Shown piece after piece: positions 52,562-61,847 of a stretch of DNA of 64,000 nucleotides (positions are counted from its first letter, which is position 1; each line of letters begins with the position of its first letter). The stretch covers positions 14,800-78,799 of the forward strand of contig JAPPLY010000056.1 of the NCBI GenBank assembly GCA_028819305.1, in the 5' to 3' direction. The DNA is from Bdellovibrionales bacterium. Lineage in GTDB: Bacteria > Bdellovibrionota > Bdellovibrionia > Bdellovibrionales > UBA1609. The position numbers were made by a program, and so were the translations under genes. Below the pieces are notes generated by a model. The model saw only the letters and a list, made by a program, of their open reading frames with translations. It ran no database searches and was not told where the DNA came from.

Positions 52562-54247
52562 ATGAAAGAAAAAGAGAACTTTTTGGATAAAAACACTTTA
52601 ATTGCCGTTAGTTTAGTTTTTATGACCTGGCTTTTATGGGATTCCTATATGAGAAAGAAGTATCCCGTAGGAAAAAGCCCGATTACTCAGGAAAACACCG
52701 CCCAGGCCGGGAGAAAAGAGAGACAAAGAGATAATATTTTAAAAAAAACAAGTGATAATGAAAAAAATAATATAGATGCCTCCTCTTTTTCCGAAACAGA
52801 GTCTTCAAAAAAGTTTTTAAAAGAGCAAACCCTCTCTTTTAAAAGTGATAATTTATCTTTTGATATTTCTTCTAAAGGAATGGGCTTAAAAAACTTGGTC
52901 TTAAATAAAATTTTTGACCGAAAAGGACAGGCTATCTGGTTATTTTTAGATGGAGAAAAATTAGCTTTTGAGACCCGCTTAGATGAAAGAGAGTTTAATC
53001 CCCTCTATTTTGATATAAAGCCTGTTTCTCCTTATTCCTGGGAAGGTGTAGCTGTTTGGAGAGAGATAAAGATAAAAAAAAAGCTATCAGTTAAACCAAG
53101 TCTTTTTCTAATGGAGACGCAAATAGAAGTAATAGGAAACATCCCGCCTCAATTTGGAATCAGCACTGTTTTAAGCCAAAAGCCAAAAAAACAAGGCCCC
53201 AGTCAAAGTTTTTTTTCTTTTTTAACTTTGCCGGACTTTGTATCTTTTTTTGTGTCTTCTTCCAAGGGATGGGAATATGTTCCTCTGGATTCAAACTCCA
53301 GCTCTTCTCCCTCTGAAAATGTAAAAACTTTTTCTGCTGTAAAGGTGGCAGCTTTAGGAGATAAATATTTTGGCCAGGCCTGGATGGAAAAAGAATCTGA
53401 TGTGTTACCTCAGTTTAAGATAGAGAAAGAAATAGGTTGGATTCGGCATCTTGTTTTAAATCCTAAAAAGGACTTTAAAGTATCCTATAAAATATTTATA
53501 GGTCCAAAAGACCTGGCTCTTTTAAAAAAAGACCATCCTTCTTTAATTCATTGGGTGGATTTTGGTTGGTTTAGTGCTTTATCTCGGGGAATTCTTCAGA
53601 TTTTGTATTTTTTTTACTCTTTAGTGGGGAATTGGGGGGGGGCTATTATTTTGTTAACTCTTCTAGTGCGGATTATTCTTTTTCCCTTTGTTCTTTCTTC
53701 TCATCGCTCCATGGAGCTTATGAAAAAAGTTCATCCTGAGATACAAAAAATAAGAGAAAAATTTAAAGATAATCCTCAAAGGATGAATCAAGAAGTTATG
53801 GCTGTAATGAAAGCTTATCGTGCTAATCCTTTAGGAGGCTGTTTGCCTTTATTACTACAGTTGCCTGTTTTTTGGTCGCTTTGGAAGGCTCTTTCTAATA
53901 GTTATTCTCTTTATCAAGCGCCTTTTATTTTTTGGATTAGGGACTTGAGTTGGAAGGACCCTTATTATATCCTACCGGTTTTAATGGGGCTGGTTATGTT
54001 TGTTCAACAAAAACTATCCCCTGTTACTCTTAATAAGGAGATGCTTAGAGTTATGCAGGTTATGCCTATTTTTATGTCTCTTTTTATGATAAACCTGCCC
54101 AGTGGTCTAGTTTTGTATATGTTAGTAAGCACGGTATTTGGTTTGGTTCAGCAGGTTTATTTAAATAAAAAGGGAGATTTAGAAACTTCCGCTCTTTTGC
54201 AAAATTCAAAAAAACTTAAGTCCACAAAGGGAGGACGAGATGTTTAA
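52562..54247 (+). CDS. yidC: Membrane protein insertase YidC
   Basis: N-terminal TM, large periplasmic domain, C-terminal Oxa1-like core (GGCLPLLLQLPVF). Confidence 0.92.
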   Translation: MKEKENFLDKNTLIAVSLVFMTWLLWDSYMRKKYPVGKSPITQENTAQAGRKERQRDNILKKTSDNEKNNIDASSFSETESSKKFLKEQTLSFKSDNLSFDISSKGMGLKNLVLNKIFDRKGQAIWLFLDGEKLAFETRLDEREFNPLYFDIKPVSPYSWEGVAVWREIKIKKKLSVKPSLFLMETQIEVIGNIPPQFGISTVLSQKPKKQGPSQSFFSFLTLPDFVSFFVSSSKGWEYVPLDSNSSSSPSENVKTFSAVKVAALGDKYFGQAWMEKESDVLPQFKIEKEIGWIRHLVLNPKKDFKVSYKIFIGPKDLALLKKDHPSLIHWVDFGWFSALSRGILQILYFFYSLVGNWGGAIILLTLLVRIILFPFVLSSHRSMELMKKVHPEIQKIREKFKDNPQRMNQEVMAVMKAYRANPLGGCLPLLLQLPVFWSLWKALSNSYSLYQAPFIFWIRDLSWKDPYYILPVLMGLVMFVQQKLSPVTLNKEMLRVMQVMPIFMSLFMINLPSGLVLYMLVSTVFGLVQQVYLNKKGDLETSALLQNSKKLKSTKGGRDV

Positions 54248-54743
54248 AAAACTATTTAAAGGAAAAGAAAAACCCCCAGGCGAGTTGGTAGAGCAAATAT
54301 TGCAGGATTTATTGGAAAAAGGAGGCTTTCTCCTTTCTGCAGAGGTAGAGCAAACCGAGGAAAATGAAATCTTTGTGGATATTTTTGGAGAAGATGAAGG
54401 TTTGTTAAAAACAAAGGAAGGTCGTCTTCTTTTAGCTTTGCAGACTTATTTTAATCGAGTGGTTCAGCAACATTTTTCCGGGCAAAATGTTTTTGTCCGC
54501 TTGGATTCAGGGAGCTTTTTTAAAGAACGAGAAAGGCATTTGTTGGAATTAGCGGATAAACTTAGGAAAAAAGCTCTTTCTACGGGCCGGCCCGTGTATT
54601 TAAAAAAGGCTCTTTCTCCTTTTCAAAGAAGACAGGTCCACCAGTTTCTGACACAAGGCGGAGAAGTGAAAACCTCTTCTGTAGGAGAGGGCTTTTATAA
54701 AAATATTTGTATTAGTCCTGCTGCTGATTTTTCTGATGCTTAA
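54240..54743 (+). CDS. jag: Jag/KhpB-like R3H RNA-binding protein
   Basis: Conserved position after yidC; C-terminal R3H-like LSPFQRRQVHQFL. Confidence 0.75.
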   Translation: MFKKLFKGKEKPPGELVEQILQDLLEKGGFLLSAEVEQTEENEIFVDIFGEDEGLLKTKEGRLLLALQTYFNRVVQQHFSGQNVFVRLDSGSFFKERERHLLELADKLRKKALSTGRPVYLKKALSPFQRRQVHQFLTQGGEVKTSSVGEGFYKNICISPAADFSDA

Positions 54744-56166
54744 TTTCCGATCTCAAGATAAAGATACAATATGCGCTTTAGCAACCCCTCCTGGGCAAGG
54801 AGCTTTAGCTCTTATTAGACTCAGTGGGGATAAAGCCTTTGCCATTAGCAAAAAATGCTGCCCTTTCTTACCAAAAAGCTCCATCTCCCATCGTATTTAC
54901 TTCGGAACTTTTTTACACCCTAGAAAGAAAGAGACATTGGATGAGGTTTTAGTTTTTTGTTTTGAAAAAGGCCGTTCCTTTACCGGTGAAGAAAGTGTGG
55001 AAATAAGCTGTCATGGAAGCCTCTATCTTTCTTCTCTTATTATAGAATCCTTAGTTGAGGCAGGAGCGCGACTGGCGGACAGAGGGGAGTTTAGTTATAG
55101 GGCTTTTATGAATGGAAAGATGGATTTAGTGCAGGCGGAAAGTGTTTTAAACTTAATTCAAAGCCGATCCCCTAGAGCGCATACACAAGCTATAAGAGGT
55201 CTAAAAGGAAAATTGTCGGACAGATTAAAAAACCTGGAAAAAAAACTAGTAAAACTTTTAGCTCATTTAGAAGCCAGCATTGATTTTAGCGACCAGGAAA
55301 TAGAACCTTTTTCAGAAGAGCGGCAAAACCAACTTTTAGAGGAAATAAGAAAAGAAGTAAAAGAAGCTTTAAAAGGTTTTCACCAAGGAAAGATAGACCG
55401 GGAAGGTTTTCGTATTTTGTTATTAGGAGCTCCTAATGCCGGCAAATCTTCTTTGTTTAATTATCTCATTCAGGATGATAGAGCTATAGTGACCCGGCAT
55501 CCGGGAACGACCCGAGATATTTTGTCGGCCAGACTTTTGTTAAATCAGCGGGAATTTTCTTTAAAAGACACAGCGGGTCTTCGTAAAAACCCGGATCCTG
55601 TGGAAAGCCAGGGAATAAAGAAAACTTTAAAAGAAGTGGCGCACTCTGATTTGTGTTTGTTTTTAGTGGAAAGTGCTTGCCCTTTAAAAGAAGAACGTTT
55701 TTTTGGTTTGGAAAATTTGGATCCGAAAAAAACAGTTATTGTTTTTAGTAAATCCGATCAGATACCTTCTTCTCAAAGGGAGGCTTTTTTTAAACAGGTG
55801 GAGATGTTTTTTCATAAAAGACAAGCCATATCTTTCTTTCTATGCCGAACCGGCATAAATAAAAAAATATTATGGCTAAGTTCTCGTACAGGGGAAGGCC
55901 GAGAAGATTTAAAAAAGCTTTTTTATAAAAGGTCAGAGAGAGAAGCAGGAGAAATTTTTCTTTCTACTCCTCGTCAGAAGCAAGCTATGGAAAAAATCAC
56001 TTATTTTTTAGATAAAGCAAAAAAGCTTTTAAAGCAAAAAAGCTCCCCGGAATTTATAACTTTTGAATTACAGCAAGCTCTGTCTGTTTTATATCAACTG
56101 TTAGGTAAAGAATATAATGAAGAAGTGATAAAACAGGTCTTTAAAGAATTTTGTATTGGAAAATAA
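54736..56166 (+). CDS. mnmE: tRNA modification GTPase MnmE
   Basis: G domain GAPNAGKSS and DTAGLR; C-terminal CIGK. Confidence 0.92.
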   Translation: MLNFRSQDKDTICALATPPGQGALALIRLSGDKAFAISKKCCPFLPKSSISHRIYFGTFLHPRKKETLDEVLVFCFEKGRSFTGEESVEISCHGSLYLSSLIIESLVEAGARLADRGEFSYRAFMNGKMDLVQAESVLNLIQSRSPRAHTQAIRGLKGKLSDRLKNLEKKLVKLLAHLEASIDFSDQEIEPFSEERQNQLLEEIRKEVKEALKGFHQGKIDREGFRILLLGAPNAGKSSLFNYLIQDDRAIVTRHPGTTRDILSARLLLNQREFSLKDTAGLRKNPDPVESQGIKKTLKEVAHSDLCLFLVESACPLKEERFFGLENLDPKKTVIVFSKSDQIPSSQREAFFKQVEMFFHKRQAISFFLCRTGINKKILWLSSRTGEGREDLKKLFYKRSEREAGEIFLSTPRQKQAMEKITYFLDKAKKLLKQKSSPEFITFELQQALSVLYQLLGKEYNEEVIKQVFKEFCIGK

Positions 56167-56222
56167 GTAGTTACTTCTGAAAAAGTCTTATAATTTTATT
56201 TATAGTTTTGTTATTTTAGATG

Positions 56223-56310
56223 TCATTCCCGCGAAAGCGGGAATCTAGTGTTTGTAAAATCATGGGATGAAGTGGACTATGTATCATCCACGAGGAAGCG
56301 AGAATCTAGT
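56223..56310 (+). repeat. Two tandem 27-nt hairpin repeats (ATTCCC-N8-GGGAAT type)
   Basis: TCATTCCCGCGAAAGCGGGAATCTAGT at 56223-56249 and a degenerate copy TCATCCACGAGGAAGCGAGAATCTAGT at 56284-56310 (22/27 identical). Confidence 0.8.
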
Positions 56311-56348
56311 AGCTACGAGGAGAATAATTTATTAGTAAATGTATCCTT

Positions 56349-56516
56349 CCTTCAGGAAAACAGATTTGCCTCTATATGGGGCTTTGCCTCTCGGGACGGC
56401 CCTTGTCTTCCTTAGTAGGAAGCCAATAGCCTTGGACCCCAACCGGCAAACTGTTTTCCTGTAAGGACATTTATACAGGAAGGCAAATTATTGCTTTCCT
56501 GTCCCGCGAAAGCGGG
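56349..56516 (+). repeat. Nested imperfect inverted repeats and hairpins (structured non-coding segment)
   Basis: Arms 56349-56370 and 56445-56466 pair over ~21 bp with two 1-nt bulges; 12-bp-stem hairpin 56475-56502 (one mismatch, loop ATTA); CCCGC-GAAA-GCGGG hairpin 56503-56516. Confidence 0.75.
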
Positions 56517-56716
56517 GAACGGGGACGCAAGGGAAGGGTTTCAAAAGGCAAAAATAACTGAACCGTTCAACAAAAAACCACTTTTGCTTCCCGTTACTAA
56601 CCGCTTTTGCCCTCTCCTAACCGGAGTTTCCCGTAAAGATTTGTCGTATTTTTTCGGCCCGAACTCTTCTTCTCATAGAATCTCTAATTTTTATATTTTT
56701 TCTTGTATTCGTCAAA

Positions 56717-57559
56717 ATGTCGAGTATAATAAAAAATATGAAAACAGGAAGTATTACATTAGGTCCTTTAGAGACGCAGTTTTTTGCATGGACTCAATTG
56801 GAAAATAAAGAACAAGTTAAAACAGGAGACTTTGCGAGAGTAAAAGGTCTTTCTGCCAAACAGGAAGCAGATTTACTTTATAATTTGTCTTCCAGTGGAA
56901 TCATTGTAAAACTCTGGCGAGGTCTCTATCTGGTGCCTCCAAGAATCCCTTTAGGTGGTAGTTGGTCTCCTTCTCCTTATCTAGTAATTAGTAAGTATAT
57001 GAGAAACTTGGATGCAAAATTTCAGATAAGTGGACCAGCCATATTTAACTTGTACGGATATTCTGATCAAGTATCTGCTTGGTTTACTGTGTATAATAAC
57101 AAAGTCTCTAAAAAACTGTATATACTTCAGTATCATTTGGATTTTGTGAAAGTTATTGAAAATCGATTGGGTGATATGAAAGAGCGAGCACCTTATGGAG
57201 TCAAAAAATCAGAACCGGCTTTAATTAGTTCCGCTGAACAAACCCTACTTGATGCTGTTTATGATTATAAAAAATATGGAACTTTACCTAAAGCTTATGA
57301 TTGGATAGCTATTACTGTACGAAATAAAAAAATCAGTCCAGAAAAGTTAGTGAATATAACCATTAAATACGGAAATACAATGAGTCAAAAAAGAATAGGT
57401 TGGGTACTGAATGAATTGGAAATTTCACAAAGGGTTATCAACCGATTAAAAAAGAAAATACCTAAAACAAAATTTTTAGTGCCACTTGACCCTAAAAATA
57501 ATGTAGGGCCTATAAATAAAAAGTGGGGAGTGATTGAAAATGTCAACCTTTTATCATGA
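56717..57559 (+). CDS. abiEi: AbiEi-family antitoxin/transcriptional regulator (type IV TA)
   Basis: 280-aa ORF; wHTH-like N-terminus ending LWRGLYLVPP; C-terminal LVPLDP...KKWGVIENV pattern typical of AbiEi; paired with AbiEii. Confidence 0.75.
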   Translation: MSSIIKNMKTGSITLGPLETQFFAWTQLENKEQVKTGDFARVKGLSAKQEADLLYNLSSSGIIVKLWRGLYLVPPRIPLGGSWSPSPYLVISKYMRNLDAKFQISGPAIFNLYGYSDQVSAWFTVYNNKVSKKLYILQYHLDFVKVIENRLGDMKERAPYGVKKSEPALISSAEQTLLDAVYDYKKYGTLPKAYDWIAITVRNKKISPEKLVNITIKYGNTMSQKRIGWVLNELEISQRVINRLKKKIPKTKFLVPLDPKNNVGPINKKWGVIENVNLLS

Positions 57560-58421
57560 AAATGAAATACAATTTGTGGAAGCGATCAGAGAGACTGCTA
57601 AAAATTCAGGATTTTCTGAATCTTTAATAGAAAAGGATTATTATTGCTCGCTCATTCTTAAAGAGATTTTTCGGTCAAAGGATTGTTTTTTAATTTTCAA
57701 GGGAGGCACTCTTCTCAATAAGTGCCATGTTGGATTTTATAGGTTAAGTGAGGACCTGGATTTTTCTGTTTCAGATCCAGCAAAATTCTCCAGAAAGAAA
57801 AGAAGTTACTTAGCTCAAGTTTCTAAAAAATGTGTGAATGAAACTGTTAAAAATCTATCTCTAGTTTTTTCAAGGTCGTTTGAAGGACACAACGAGAGTC
57901 GTTTATATAGTGCTGAAATAGGATATCACTCTTTAATTGATGAAGACAAGAAAACAATTAAAGTAGAATTTGGAATTCATGAAAAAGTTTGGGAAAGAGA
58001 GACTTTAAAGGCAAAAACTCTCCTTACAAATCCCATTTCACAAAAGCCTGTTCTGCCAGATTTTCATTTAGTAGGTTTAAGTCTTAAGGAAGCTTATAGT
58101 GAAAAGATTAGAGCGGCACTTTCCAGAGAAAAGCCAGCTATCAGAGATATTTTTGATATTCATTATGCTCTGAAAAGGCGTCTCATAGAAGAACCTCACG
58201 GTTTTATAAAAATTCATGATATTGCTCCAATGGTTAAATATAAAATGAAGATTTTAAACCGTGAAGCAGATTTATCTGCTGAACGAAAAAAAGAACTTTT
58301 AGATCAATTACAAACAGATTTGAAACCAGTGCTACGCCAAAAAGATTTTGAAGAGTTTGATTTTGAACAAGCATGGAACTGGTTAAAAATTCTTGAAAAA
58401 GAAATTGCTAAAAGTTTGTGA
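57540..58421 (+). CDS. abiEii: AbiEii/AbiGii-family nucleotidyltransferase toxin (DUF1814)
   Basis: FKGGTLLNKCH...RLSEDLDF nucleotidyltransferase motif. ATG 57540 preferred (GGAG 9 nt upstream) over the track's TTG 57534; overlaps the abiEi 3' end. Confidence 0.8.
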   Translation: MSTFYHENEIQFVEAIRETAKNSGFSESLIEKDYYCSLILKEIFRSKDCFLIFKGGTLLNKCHVGFYRLSEDLDFSVSDPAKFSRKKRSYLAQVSKKCVNETVKNLSLVFSRSFEGHNESRLYSAEIGYHSLIDEDKKTIKVEFGIHEKVWERETLKAKTLLTNPISQKPVLPDFHLVGLSLKEAYSEKIRAALSREKPAIRDIFDIHYALKRRLIEEPHGFIKIHDIAPMVKYKMKILNREADLSAERKKELLDQLQTDLKPVLRQKDFEEFDFEQAWNWLKILEKEIAKSL

Positions 58422-58504
58422 CAACTTAATAGGTTATTCCTAGTGACTTTCTTCAATATTTGCTACCATTAAGAATTTAGGTTAATAAAAAATTAAGGTG
58501 ACCC

Positions 58505-60256
58505 ATGTTTGTTCCGTATCTAAGTTCTTTGGAAACAAAGAACACGTATGATTTATTAACTTCTCCAGGCAACCTAGCTTTTTATGATGCTGTCGATATT
58601 TATTGTGTTTTCTACCTTCTTCCAGATGATCCAAATGCTTACAATCTGTTTTCATTATTAAATTTTTACGAAAGTCGAAGTGACCATAATTCATCTATTG
58701 TTAATCCTTATCCAATGAGGTGTCCACTTACCTTTAAGTTTTCTGGTAGGATAATAAAAATTGGTTTAAAAAAAATAACTGTAGGCTTACATACTTTTCA
58801 GACTCGGTTCTATGAATATTTAAAGACAAATTCCAATTGGAATCTCAATGGTTCCATATTAAACACAAATTCTCTTAAATTCATACCAAAGTTTTTTGTT
58901 CCTCCTGCTGATGGAACCTATGAATCACCTTTAAACAATATCCTAAAGAATAATTTTTTCAATGGATCGTACGTACTTGAACAATTTGACGAGGAAAAAA
59001 CATCTTTGGAACCATTCTTTCAAGACTCCAAAGAATTACTAAAGATTTCAGCAGAGATTCAAAAACACTGGCCATTAAAACTGGCAAAAATGACTGATCG
59101 ATTGGGAAATATTTTATATCAGTTTCCTATTACAGTATTCAGAAGTGATTTTCTTAATTCTTCAGATGAAAAATCTTATAAATGCACTTTTTCTTGGGAC
59201 TCAAGAGCAACTCCTTCAAACAGGGACTGTATTATTACTACTGTAAATAAAAATAGAGAAGAAAATCTAGTGAGTGCAAAAAGCTCTGTTCGTTTAAATG
59301 CTTCTCCACAAGAGATCGTAGTAGATAGCTTAAGGGGAAGACCTGTTCATTTTGTCTATGACATCACTAATGGATTAATTTTAGGAATGTCCTCAGATCA
59401 AACAATAAAAGCAGCCGATTTAAAATTAAATATTGAACGTCCTGAGCCTAGAATATTTGAAATAAATGGTAAGATCCATAAAGTCAATGTGTTTACACCT
59501 CATAATATTTCCGTTGGTACACCTTATTCAGACAATTATGTTGAATGGAGCAAAAGAAGGGTTTTTGAAGAAGAGACACACACTCTTGAGAAAACCCTAC
59601 AATTTAAACAATACGGTTTAGGAGATGAAGAGTCACGATCTACTGCTATAAAGGATATACGTCAGATTATAAACGAACATGCTAAGAAATCTAAGTCTGT
59701 TTATCTTTGGGACCCATATCTTGATGCAAAAGGTTTAAAAAATACTCTTTTTTTTATTGAAACTACTAATGTTGAATGTCGAGCAATCAGCTCCTCTAAA
59801 ACATTTCAGAGACAAGGAAGATTTACAATGCCCAACTTAGATACTTTATCAATTACTTTTCGTAAATGGTGGGATTTGAATATGAAGATATTCAAATCCA
59901 AAATTGGAAAAGCACACTCTAAAGAAAAGGGTGAATTAAGATTTAATCAGTGGAAACAAGATATGTGTGATGAGTTATCAGGAGGAAGTAGTAGCACTAA
60001 TAATTATCTGCTCAATTTGAAATTTAAATGTCAGTATGGTCGGTTTGGACGGCCATTTCATGATAGATTTATAATTTTTCCTATGGCTGACGGACATACA
60101 AAGTGTTGGTCAATAGGCACTTCCATAAATAGCCTTGGTAAAGCACACCACCATATAATTCAAGAAGTATCAAATGCAAAACAAATAGAAATGGCATTCG
60201 ATCAGCTTTGGCAAGAGTTACCAGATGATCCATGCTTGGTATGGAGTAGCACATGA
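58505..60256 (+). CDS. Unknown 583-aa protein with a C-terminal PLD/Nuc-like domain (HxR variant)
   Basis: SD AAGGTG before the ATG. C-terminal VYLWDPYL...ECRAISS...FHDRFIIFP...WSIGTSINSLG resembles a single HKD module with K->R and D->P. The N-terminal ~390 aa are unrecognised. Confidence 0.6.
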   Translation: MFVPYLSSLETKNTYDLLTSPGNLAFYDAVDIYCVFYLLPDDPNAYNLFSLLNFYESRSDHNSSIVNPYPMRCPLTFKFSGRIIKIGLKKITVGLHTFQTRFYEYLKTNSNWNLNGSILNTNSLKFIPKFFVPPADGTYESPLNNILKNNFFNGSYVLEQFDEEKTSLEPFFQDSKELLKISAEIQKHWPLKLAKMTDRLGNILYQFPITVFRSDFLNSSDEKSYKCTFSWDSRATPSNRDCIITTVNKNREENLVSAKSSVRLNASPQEIVVDSLRGRPVHFVYDITNGLILGMSSDQTIKAADLKLNIERPEPRIFEINGKIHKVNVFTPHNISVGTPYSDNYVEWSKRRVFEEETHTLEKTLQFKQYGLGDEESRSTAIKDIRQIINEHAKKSKSVYLWDPYLDAKGLKNTLFFIETTNVECRAISSSKTFQRQGRFTMPNLDTLSITFRKWWDLNMKIFKSKIGKAHSKEKGELRFNQWKQDMCDELSGGSSSTNNYLLNLKFKCQYGRFGRPFHDRFIIFPMADGHTKCWSIGTSINSLGKAHHHIIQEVSNAKQIEMAFDQLWQELPDDPCLVWSST

Positions 60257-61743
60257 ATGAAAGTTATTTACAGCTATTGTCCTATTGTATGGATATGCCC
60301 TATACAGGTGAAAATAATCAGGTTATTTTAGAAATGATTACTGCTATAGATAATCATATTATATCTGATACTAATTTTCTTGAAAACAAAAATTATGAAA
60401 GACTTTTTCAAATAGCAACACCATTTGCGATTTTAAGGTCAAAATACAGCTTACATAAAACAAAATCACCGATTGATTCAGATTTAAAGTTATTGATTTC
60501 TACTTTATCTTGGATCAAAAAAAGATCGTCATCTAACTTAAAGTCATTTATTATCTCATCTGTAATTCTGTCATGCTTAAGTGATCACTCATTAGAGTTT
60601 AATGAAATTGTTAGTGACGTTTTTGTAAACAAAGACAAATCTATCTTAGACCGCATATTAAATATCATTGAAAAGTTCAAACTTACTATGGGAGTACCAG
60701 ATAATGCTCCGCTATACGAAAAAGACAATGTCCAAAGATATTTGGACGCAAAGAAAAAGGGTGTTTATTCTAGTATGGCCAATTATTTGCAAAAGGCCGA
60801 AAAAGGTTCTGGTTTACCTCGTCCTTCTATACTTAAATATGCAATTCTCTATGTGATTAAGAATGATTTCAAACGTTTCCTCATTGTTTTAGATAAAAGA
60901 AACAGTCTTCTGGAAATCAATATACTGCTTAATTCGTTGTCGCTTGCACAGTTAGTTCAGATAGCAAAAATGACGAAAAGTAAACTGGTATACTTTGAAT
61001 TAACAAGATTGATATTTTCCAATGATCGTTCTACGAAACTTTCCGATAAAGAAAAATCTGATTTGGCAGAGTCTATTTGCATTTTTCTAAAAGAAAATGA
61101 GGAATGTAAATCTGAGTTTTTAAATTTTTTCTTTAAATACCCTCCTCGCTATTCATCCTTAATGGAGGTAACAGGCCAAGCAGTGACTAAGTATGGAAAA
61201 GGCTTATTATGTGATATTGTAAAAATTTTTCCGATGAATCTTTTATGCAAAGATCAGCTTGACCTTCTATTGAAGGGTATGCTTGATGGATTAGATTCAT
61301 CTGCTCGACATGATTTTTTAAGGGTAATATTTAAAGAATGGTTATCTTTTTATAACTCAAAATCTTTGAATCCAAATGGACTTTCTTTAAGTATTACATC
61401 AATGGCTGACGGAGTATGTCGTTACTTTTCACATATAAGTTCTGAAGCATATTTTAAATTTCTATGTGAGAGAATTGATTGTTTAAGTTCAATTGAAGAA
61501 ACATGGTATTCCATAAAAATTGACTTCTTAATCATTATTGAAAAAGAACTTTCACAGTTTGCTGTTGCGGCATTCGCATACGATAATAAGAAATTTATTC
61601 CGCCTGCAAAAAAGATTCAAAATAAAATTAAATATCTCTTTACTGATTTCTCCTACAAATATCAGTTTGATCTTACTAAAAATCAAAAACAGATGTTAAA
61701 TCAAATAAGACCTTTTTTCCATTGGGTAAATAGTCATCCATGA
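60253..61743 (+). CDS. Unknown 496-aa protein, partner of the PLD-like protein
   Basis: ATGA start/stop overlap with the upstream gene; Leu/Ile/Lys-rich helical-looking sequence; no catalytic, TM or DNA-binding motif recognised. Confidence 0.55.
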   Translation: MNESYLQLLSYCMDMPYTGENNQVILEMITAIDNHIISDTNFLENKNYERLFQIATPFAILRSKYSLHKTKSPIDSDLKLLISTLSWIKKRSSSNLKSFIISSVILSCLSDHSLEFNEIVSDVFVNKDKSILDRILNIIEKFKLTMGVPDNAPLYEKDNVQRYLDAKKKGVYSSMANYLQKAEKGSGLPRPSILKYAILYVIKNDFKRFLIVLDKRNSLLEINILLNSLSLAQLVQIAKMTKSKLVYFELTRLIFSNDRSTKLSDKEKSDLAESICIFLKENEECKSEFLNFFFKYPPRYSSLMEVTGQAVTKYGKGLLCDIVKIFPMNLLCKDQLDLLLKGMLDGLDSSARHDFLRVIFKEWLSFYNSKSLNPNGLSLSITSMADGVCRYFSHISSEAYFKFLCERIDCLSSIEETWYSIKIDFLIIIEKELSQFAVAAFAYDNKKFIPPAKKIQNKIKYLFTDFSYKYQFDLTKNQKQMLNQIRPFFHWVNSHP

Positions 61744-61847
61744 ATCTATTATAAGTAAAATATTCTAAAGATTTAAAGTTAAAAACCGATTTTATATTAA
61801 TCAAGATGATCTGAACTTTTGGAAGCTTTTGAGAAAAGTGGTAAAAT

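Noticed and set aside
56223-56516. CRISPR array or tRNA/att site at the core-accessory junction
   Set aside because: The hairpin repeats are only 2-3 copies with irregular spacing and degenerate sequence, and no cas genes are present. No cloverleaf or GTTCGAATC-type T-loop was found by eye in 56167-56716.
56491-56808. 105-aa ORF spanning the junction repeats and overlapping the abiEi start
   Set aside because: Its N-terminus (CPAKAGNG...) is simply the translation of the CCCGCGAAAGCGGGG hairpin repeat. There is no SD and it overlaps a well-supported gene.
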